Notes under the pieces: generated by a model
The model's input: the letters and a program-made list of their open reading frames with translations, nothing else
What the model was told of the DNA's origin: nothing
Database searches by the model: none
Shown: one piece after another, positions 58,701 through 64,000 of the stretch
Numbering within the stretch: position 1 is the first letter of the stretch
Layout of the letters: each line of letters begins with the position of its first letter
Position numbers and translations under genes: made by a program
From: an uncultured Clostridiaceae bacterium
Lineage (GTDB): Bacteria; Bacillota; Limnochordia; Darwinibacteriales; Darwinibacteriaceae
DNA: 64,000 bases
Assembly (NCBI GenBank): GCA_964626065.1
Contig: CAZVDE010000004.1
Span: 110-64,109 of the forward strand
Direction: 5' to 3'

Positions 58701-58710
58701 CTGGATTTAT

Positions 58711-59604
58711 TTAGCTGTCCCGAGTTAGAATGAACCGGGCAAGTTCGCGCAAAAACCAGGCCTGCTCCGAAAAACCCTCCAGTGAGGTAAGGCAAACTTG
58801 CACACAATTGCGCGCCAATTCACGCGATTTTTCTAGGCCGAATAAACGGGGGAACGTTTGCTTGCCCGCCCGCTCGTCCGAACCCACCGTCTTGCCCGTT
58901 TGGGAGCTGTCACCCGCCTCATCCAAAATATCGTCCGTAATTTGAAAGGCCAGTCCAAAGTTCCTGCCATAATCGGTCAAAGCTGCCAGCTGCTCTTCGC
59001 TGCAGCCGCCCACTAGTGCGCCGCCCCGCAGGGCAGCCGTAAACAGGGCCCCCGTCTTATGGCTGTGAATATAATACAGGGTATCTTGGCCTACTTCTTT
59101 GCCTTCCGACAAAATATCCACCGCCTGCCCGCCCACCATTCCCCGCGAGCCGATGGCGGCGGCCAGTTCGGCCGTGACCCGCAGCGTAGTTTTGGGGCTG
59201 ATACCATATTTTTCCGGCATTTTCGTAAGCTCCGCAAAAGCCTCCGTTAATAGGCCATCGCCTGCCAACACGGCCATAGCTTCACCGTACACCCGATGAT
59301 TGCTTGGTTTTCCCCGGCGCAGATCATCATCATCCATGCAGGGAAGATCATCGTGAATCAGAGAATAGGCATGCACCATTTCCAGCGCGGCGGCCAGGCC
59401 CGAAGCCTGCGTCACATCGCCGCCCACCGCTTCACAGGCAGCCATCGCTAATAGGGCCCGCAGGCGCTTGCCGCCCTCCAAGGTGGAGTAACGCATCGCT
59501 TCATGTAAAAGCCTAGGCTGATCCTGAACACCGGGCAATGCGGCAGCTAATATTCTTTCCACCTTTTCCAAACGCACGGCCCAGCAGTGGTCAAAGTTCT
59601 TCAC
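58711..59604 (-). CDS. ispA: farnesyl diphosphate synthase
   Basis: The two Asp-rich motifs LIHDDLPCMDDDDLRRG and ITDDILD. Confidence 0.95.
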   Translation of the reverse strand: MKNFDHCWAVRLEKVERILAAALPGVQDQPRLLHEAMRYSTLEGGKRLRALLAMAACEAVGGDVTQASGLAAALEMVHAYSLIHDDLPCMDDDDLRRGKPSNHRVYGEAMAVLAGDGLLTEAFAELTKMPEKYGISPKTTLRVTAELAAAIGSRGMVGGQAVDILSEGKEVGQDTLYYIHSHKTGALFTAALRGGALVGGCSEEQLAALTDYGRNFGLAFQITDDILDEAGDSSQTGKTVGSDERAGKQTFPRLFGLEKSRELARNCVQVCLTSLEGFSEQAWFLRELARFILTRDS

Positions 59605-59828
59605 TCGTTCTCCACCTCCAGCGTTTGCAGTTCTTCTCCTGCCAGCATAATTTCAATCTTTGCTTCAGCTTCATCGAGTTTCTGATTGCAGTAACGAGCC
59701 AGTTTAACCCCCTCTTCAAACAACTGTAGGGCGTCATCTAGGCGCGCTTCACCCTGTTCTAATTGGCGCACGATTTCTTCTAAACGGGCCAAGGCCTGTT
59801 CAAATTTTAATTCCACCTGCTCACTCAT
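59601..59828 (-). CDS. xseB: exodeoxyribonuclease VII small subunit
   Basis: 75 aa helical protein (FEQALARLEEIVRQLEQGE). Confidence 0.9.
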   Translation of the reverse strand: MSEQVELKFEQALARLEEIVRQLEQGEARLDDALQLFEEGVKLARYCNQKLDEAEAKIEIMLAGEELQTLEVENE

Positions 59829-61017
59829 GGGTTTCTCTCCCCTCTACTTTGCACTGCAAGCGTCCCCCATGCAGGCGCACACCTACCCGGGCGCCGATTT
59901 CAACCGCACCCGGCTCCACGAGGACCTGCCCTTTCTGATCATAGCAGATGGCGTAGCCCCTGCCCAGTGTCTTTAGGGGGCTGAGTGTCTCCAGCTTTCC
60001 CGCCCCCGCTTCTAATCGGGCGCGGCGAAGAGCCAAAGAATGCTTGTGCTGGCGAACGATGCTTGTCCACAATTCATCTGTTCTCTGCCGCAGCTGGCGC
60101 ACAATGTTAGCAGGCTGCCGCAGCGTCGGTGCCGCACTGAGTTGATTGAGATAACGCCGCTCCGATGCGATCTGGCGTTTCACCGCCCCAACAGCCCGTT
60201 CGCGCAGGCCGGCGACAGTAGCCAAAAGTTCATCGCGGAGTGGAACTGCTAGTTCAGCGGCTGCCGATGGCGTGGGTGCCCTAAGATCCGCGACGAAATC
60301 CGCGATGGTATAATCCGTTTCATGGCCGACGGCGGATATGATCGGAATTGTGCAGCGAGCAATAGCCCTAGCCAGAGATTCATCGTTGAAAGCGGACAGT
60401 TCTTCGAAGGAACCGCCCCCCCGTCCCATAATAATTACTTCAACATCGGTTGTCTCGGCTAGTGCCAAGGCCCTGATCAAACTGGCTGCGGCGCCTTCGC
60501 CCTGCACCACCGCGGGGATCACCAAAATCCGCACCCCCGGGTGCCGGCGGTGCACCACATTCAGAATATCCCGCAGGGCGGCGCCCGTGCGAGAGGTAAT
60601 CACTCCTATTTTAGCGGGCAAAAAAGGGAGAGGCTTTTTTCTTTCGTCCGCGAAAAGTCCCTCGCCCTTCAGTTTTGCTTTTAACTGCTCGAACGCCAGA
60701 TGCAGATCGCCAATGCCCCGGGGCAAAAGTAAGTCCACATACAGTTGGTATTCCCCGTTGGGTTCGTAAACGCCCAGCGCCCCCACTGCTATAAGAGTAT
60801 CACCGTTTTTAGGGACAAAATCAAGGCCTCGATTGCGGCTGCGAAACATGACCGCTTTCAAACGGCTTTTTTCGTCCTTGAGGGAAAAATACATATGCCC
60901 GGAAGTGTGGTGAACAAAATTGGAGACCTCACCTTCTACCGCTAGGTTTTGAAAGTTCGCCGCGCTAAGCGCGGCTTTGATCTGCAGCGTCAGTTCGGTG
61001 ACTGTCATGGGTTTCAC
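59821..61017 (-). CDS. xseA: exodeoxyribonuclease VII large subunit
   Basis: 398 aa with an OB fold and a catalytic domain. Confidence 0.9.
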   Translation of the reverse strand: MKPMTVTELTLQIKAALSAANFQNLAVEGEVSNFVHHTSGHMYFSLKDEKSRLKAVMFRSRNRGLDFVPKNGDTLIAVGALGVYEPNGEYQLYVDLLLPRGIGDLHLAFEQLKAKLKGEGLFADERKKPLPFLPAKIGVITSRTGAALRDILNVVHRRHPGVRILVIPAVVQGEGAAASLIRALALAETTDVEVIIMGRGGGSFEELSAFNDESLARAIARCTIPIISAVGHETDYTIADFVADLRAPTPSAAAELAVPLRDELLATVAGLRERAVGAVKRQIASERRYLNQLSAAPTLRQPANIVRQLRQRTDELWTSIVRQHKHSLALRRARLEAGAGKLETLSPLKTLGRGYAICYDQKGQVLVEPGAVEIGARVGVRLHGGRLQCKVEGRETHE

Positions 61018-61031
61018 GTTCTTGCCCCTCT

Positions 61032-61994
61032 CTAATCAGGCCTAGGTGGAAAAACGGGGAAATTAGCTTTTAGAGCCGCAAAGTACGCCGCCCCATAGGC
61101 GTTGTCAACGCTGTAGTTAGGTCCGGCGAAATAAAGGTTCCATGCGGGCAAAGCGGCCACAAGTTCCGTTCTGATCAGCGAATTCGCGGCCACACCGCCT
61201 ACCAGCAATAGATCGCGGCATTCCGTTCGGCCCTGGGCCCACGTGATCCAGTTAATTAAGGTGCGGCTGAGAACCTGCAGGCAAGATGCGGCTAATATTT
61301 CCGGTTCAACTTGGCCGACCATTCTTTCTAAGGCGGTGAGCGGCCCGGAAAAGCTGACTGCGCCCTCACGATGGGAGAAAGGCGCAGCTATAGTCCGCTG
61401 TGCTCGCAGCGCCAGTTGTTCCAGAGCCGGGCCCGCGGGAAAATCGAGGCCCAATTTAACGCCTAAACGATCTAGAAACTGGCCCGCATGCAGATCGGAG
61501 GTGCCTCCCCACAACTCAACCTGCAACGACCAGTCTTCACGGCGCCGGACAAAAGTAAGTTCGGTCGTACCCCCGGATAAGTGCACTGTCAAAAATTCCT
61601 TCTGTAGGGGCCCGCCGCCGCTGGCAATTCCACTCCAAATATGCATTTCTTGATGTGTGAACTCATAACAGGGAATTGAAAATATGTTGGCCAAGGCACG
61701 AGAAAAGCTTGTACCCGGCAAAAAGACAGGTAGATATGAACCTTTTTGCGGGCGGGGTTGAACAGATACGCCCACTGCCGCTAATTGCCCTGCCCCTAAA
61801 TTTAAAGGAAAATCAGCCGTTAACAGGGGTAGATTCTCTATATGTTGAAACAAGGCTTCTGATTGCCGTAATCCCCTGGAACCAGAAGCCACCTTAAGAT
61901 ATTTTCGCCGATCCGCGATGATCTTTCCGTTTTCTGCCAGCAAACACAGGGAAGTAGTATAATTGCTCGTGTCTACGCCCAGTGCAACCCTCAT
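61032..61994 (-). CDS. Kae1/TsaD-family (ASKHA) protein, divergent paralog
   Basis: GVDTSNYTTS at the N-terminus, HxxxH motif (THQEMH), LSGGTTEL, SFSGPLT, LVGGVAANS and VDNAYGAAY all align to TsaD blocks. It sits at the nusB-xseA position usually held by folD. Confidence 0.7.
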   Translation of the reverse strand: MRVALGVDTSNYTTSLCLLAENGKIIADRRKYLKVASGSRGLRQSEALFQHIENLPLLTADFPLNLGAGQLAAVGVSVQPRPQKGSYLPVFLPGTSFSRALANIFSIPCYEFTHQEMHIWSGIASGGGPLQKEFLTVHLSGGTTELTFVRRREDWSLQVELWGGTSDLHAGQFLDRLGVKLGLDFPAGPALEQLALRAQRTIAAPFSHREGAVSFSGPLTALERMVGQVEPEILAASCLQVLSRTLINWITWAQGRTECRDLLLVGGVAANSLIRTELVAALPAWNLYFAGPNYSVDNAYGAAYFAALKANFPVFPPRPD

Positions 61995-62398
61995 TGAAAT
62001 CCACCATCCCGCGCTACCGTACCCAAAAGGCCGTTGATGAAGGCGGGGGAATCCCGGTCGCCGAAGGCCTTGGCAAGTTCCACCGCTTCGTTGATAGCCA
62101 CCCGCACGGGTATGTCATCCATAAAGACAATCTCATAGATGGCCAGCCGTAAAATACTGCGATCCGTTGAGGCCAGCCGATGGATCTGCCAACTTTTAGA
62201 AACATCACTAATCTGCGCATCTAGGGCAGTAACCTGTTTTGCTACCCCGCGCACCACCGTTTTCACATATTCTAAATCCCGGGGACTTAAGTCTGTCTCG
62301 GCCAATCGCTGTTTCAAGGCCAATTCTGCATCGATCTTGCCTAGATCAATCTGGAATAGTGTCTGGAAGGCAATCTGTCGCGCCAATCTTCTACTCAA
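61991..62398 (-). CDS. nusB: transcription antitermination factor NusB
   Basis: 135 aa beginning MSRRLARQIAFQTLFQ... Confidence 0.9.
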   Translation of the reverse strand: MSRRLARQIAFQTLFQIDLGKIDAELALKQRLAETDLSPRDLEYVKTVVRGVAKQVTALDAQISDVSKSWQIHRLASTDRSILRLAIYEIVFMDDIPVRVAINEAVELAKAFGDRDSPAFINGLLGTVARDGGFQ

Positions 62399-62409
62399 CT
62401 ACAACCACC

Positions 62410-62622
62410 TCAAAAGCGGCCGGTGATCTTAAAGGAATCATCCGCCGAATCAAAACGAGCGCCCAAATAAAACCCCGCTGCCACGCATAAAATCACAAAC
62501 AATCCCCGCAGCACACCATAACGGATGATGATCCAGCCAACAATCAGGCCTAAAACAGAACCATACACCTTCCCGGCGTGACGGGTTAGAATATCCCGGA
62601 ACCTATTAGCCATCTGCATCAC
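62410..62622 (-). CDS. small membrane protein (DUF2273-like) of the Asp23 module
   Basis: 70 aa, 2 TM, located between the AmaP-like gene and nusB. Confidence 0.6.
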   Translation of the reverse strand: MMQMANRFRDILTRHAGKVYGSVLGLIVGWIIIRYGVLRGLFVILCVAAGFYLGARFDSADDSFKITGRF

Positions 62623-62628
62623 ACTCCT

Positions 62629-63156
62629 TTAAGGCAGCGGATCAATGATTGTTTCCTCTCGGCGAGCGATTGCCGCCACAACTATTTCCACTTCCTGAAT
62701 GGCTACGCCCACCGTATCCTCCACATACTGCTTTACCTTCTCCTGCAGCTCTTCCGTTAACTGAGGGATATTATAATCGGGCAAGATCTGAATATCCAAA
62801 CGGACCTTGGGATGTTCCACATCAACTATGCGCACCGCCGCATCTTTAATCCCAGCCATCTCCCGGGCAGATTCCATAATCAAACCTTCGATACAATCTG
62901 TGCTCACCCGCACCGCACCCAGCTCCCTAGCGTAGACTATATACCGTTTGCGCTCATACCTAACGGCTAAAATCACCAGGTATACCCCGAGAAGAACCAA
63001 AATCAAAGCGGGGATTGAGGCATCAAGGGCTAGGTTGGGCGACTGCAACCAGTTGATGACGGCTGGATTGCCCGCGATGGTAACGGCTAAAAGAGCGGCA
63101 AACAGGAATAACACAGCGGCGCTCAATGCTAGAAAAACCCGATCCAATATGGTCAT
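62629..63156 (-). CDS. Asp23 membrane-anchor protein (AmaP-like)
   Basis: 175 aa with N-terminal TM segments. It lies directly downstream of the Asp23-family gene. Confidence 0.6.
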   Translation of the reverse strand: MTILDRVFLALSAAVLFLFAALLAVTIAGNPAVINWLQSPNLALDASIPALILVLLGVYLVILAVRYERKRYIVYARELGAVRVSTDCIEGLIMESAREMAGIKDAAVRIVDVEHPKVRLDIQILPDYNIPQLTEELQEKVKQYVEDTVGVAIQEVEIVVAAIARREETIIDPLP

Positions 63157-63157
63157 T

Positions 63158-63553
63158 TTACCTCACCTTAACCGTAGTTTCTTCCGGCACCGTTTCCTGC
63201 GCCGGGAAGTTAACCCCAAGGACATGAATATTCACTTCCATAACATCCAACCCGGTCATGACCTCAATTGTCCGTTTCACATTTTCCTGGATCTGTTGGG
63301 CCACTTTAGGAATGCTTTCGCCGTATTGGATAATTACCGAAAGGTCCACGATGCATTGGTGCTCGCCCAGATCGACCTTGACCCCTTTAGCCAAATTTCG
63401 GTGCCCAAGCATCTCCGCAATGCCGCCGGCAATGCCGCCGCTCATGCCTGCCACGCCCGAAATCTCGGTGGCCGCCAGGCCCGCAATTATACCTACAACC
63501 TCGTTGGCGATCTTCAAGTCTCCCAATTCGCCACGCTGCTGCTTTTCCGACAT
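63158..63553 (-). CDS. Asp23/Gls24-family alkaline shock protein
   Basis: 131 aa with the family signature (EVVGIIAGLAATEISGVAGMSGG...). Confidence 0.85.
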   Translation of the reverse strand: MSEKQQRGELGDLKIANEVVGIIAGLAATEISGVAGMSGGIAGGIAEMLGHRNLAKGVKVDLGEHQCIVDLSVIIQYGESIPKVAQQIQENVKRTIEVMTGLDVMEVNIHVLGVNFPAQETVPEETTVKVR

Positions 63554-63635
63554 AATTTACACCTCCTGCTAGCTATTATACCAAACTATTCCACTTTCCA
63601 CAATTTACTTTTCCCGGTGAGCCCTCAGCGTTTGT

Positions 63636-64000
63636 CTAGACACCCAAAGTTTCATCAACAATTGTAATTCGTTCAAAACCGATGCCTGTCAAGCGATGCA
63701 CAACATCACCGATGCGCGCCGCCTCCTCCCTGGTCAGGGTGACCGGGACAACTACCGTGACTGTCCCGTCATCTAGGATCACCAAGCCGTCCACATAGCC
63801 CTGTGCCTTCAACAGGCCTTCAATCTCGGCCTCCCTGCTCATTTTGCCGATTAAAGCCTGTAGTTCGTTTTGAAATTGCTCACGCCGCTGACTATCGCTG
63901 TGAGCGTCATAGGCAAAGTTTTGCAGCAGTTCCACCTGCCTACTGCGCATCCGTTCTCTTTCCAATTTATATTCCGCAAACTTCGTAGGCACCGAACGGA
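63636..64000 (-). CDS. spoIIIAH: SpoIIIAH-like sporulation protein, C-terminal part (5' end outside the window)
   Basis: The frame stays open to the window end. The C-terminal domain (DGLVILDDGTVTVVVPVTLTREEAARIGDVV) resembles the SpoIIIAH/YscJ-like domain, and the position upstream of the Asp23 gene and nusB matches B. subtilis. Confidence 0.5.
   Translation of the reverse strand, partial: RSVPTKFAEYKLERERMRSRQVELLQNFAYDAHSDSQRREQFQNELQALIGKMSREAEIEGLLKAQGYVDGLVILDDGTVTVVVPVTLTREEAARIGDVVHRLTGIGFERITIVDETLGV

Noticed and set aside
57986-58710. Considered tmRNA (ssrA) or RNase P RNA for the long non-coding gap
   Set aside because: There is no GGAAAGUCC-type P4 strand or ACAGAA motif for RNase P. 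There is no tRNA-like GGUUCGAUUCC...CCA 3' end or ANDENYALAA-type tag frame for tmRNA. The synteny fits OLE instead.

Overview
This 64 kb window looks like a chromosomal segment of a spore-forming, probably anaerobic Firmicute (Clostridia-like, roughly 55% GC). Almost every gene is on the minus strand, and the order follows the conserved Bacillus/Clostridium layout.

Conserved backbone, read from the minus strand:
- Cell-division and translation block: ylmE-sepF-ylmG-ylmH-divIVA-ileS-ylyA-lspA-rluD-pyrR-pyrP.
- Dipicolinate/lysine block: ymxG-ymxH-dpaA-dpaB-asd-dapG-dapA, continuing with rnj-tepA.
- Sporulation and repair block: spoIIIAH, Asp23 module, nusB, xseA-xseB-ispA-[OLE RNA-oapA]-dxs-tlyA-nadK-argR-recN-spoIVB ... 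spo0A.
- Flanking genes: a 3'-truncated Ku gene at the left edge, rpsD, tRNA-Cys, ytaF.

RNA and regulatory elements found by reading the sequence:
- A T-box leader (Ile specifier) with a sigma-A promoter upstream of ileS.
- A PyrR-binding attenuator upstream of pyrR.
- A roughly 700-nt ORF-free region between ispA and a small membrane-protein gene, interpreted as OLE RNA plus oapA.
- Two identical LacI-type operator palindromes flanking a sugar-uptake locus.
- Several rho-independent terminators.

Insertions that break the conserved synteny:
1. An 8 kb glutamate-mutase/methylaspartate island (glmS-glmL-glmE, DUF1446, DUF4387, methylaspartate ammonia-lyase, a lone class-I fumarase alpha subunit, and an HprK-like P-loop protein). 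It sits between spoIVB and spo0A, and its last gene overlaps the spo0A start by 4 nt.
2. A LacI/GH31/ABC-transporter sugar locus between dapA and rnj.
3. A 408-aa secreted beta-rich protein of no recognisable family plus a MazG-like protein between ymxH and ymxG.
4. An actinobacterial-style SteA/MctB-like module with two glycosyltransferases, next to a spore-cortex enzyme cluster.

The most novel candidate is the DUF1446/DUF4387/P-loop portion of the glutamate-mutase island and its apparent coupling to spo0A. All functional calls come from reading motifs and synteny by eye; no database searches were run.
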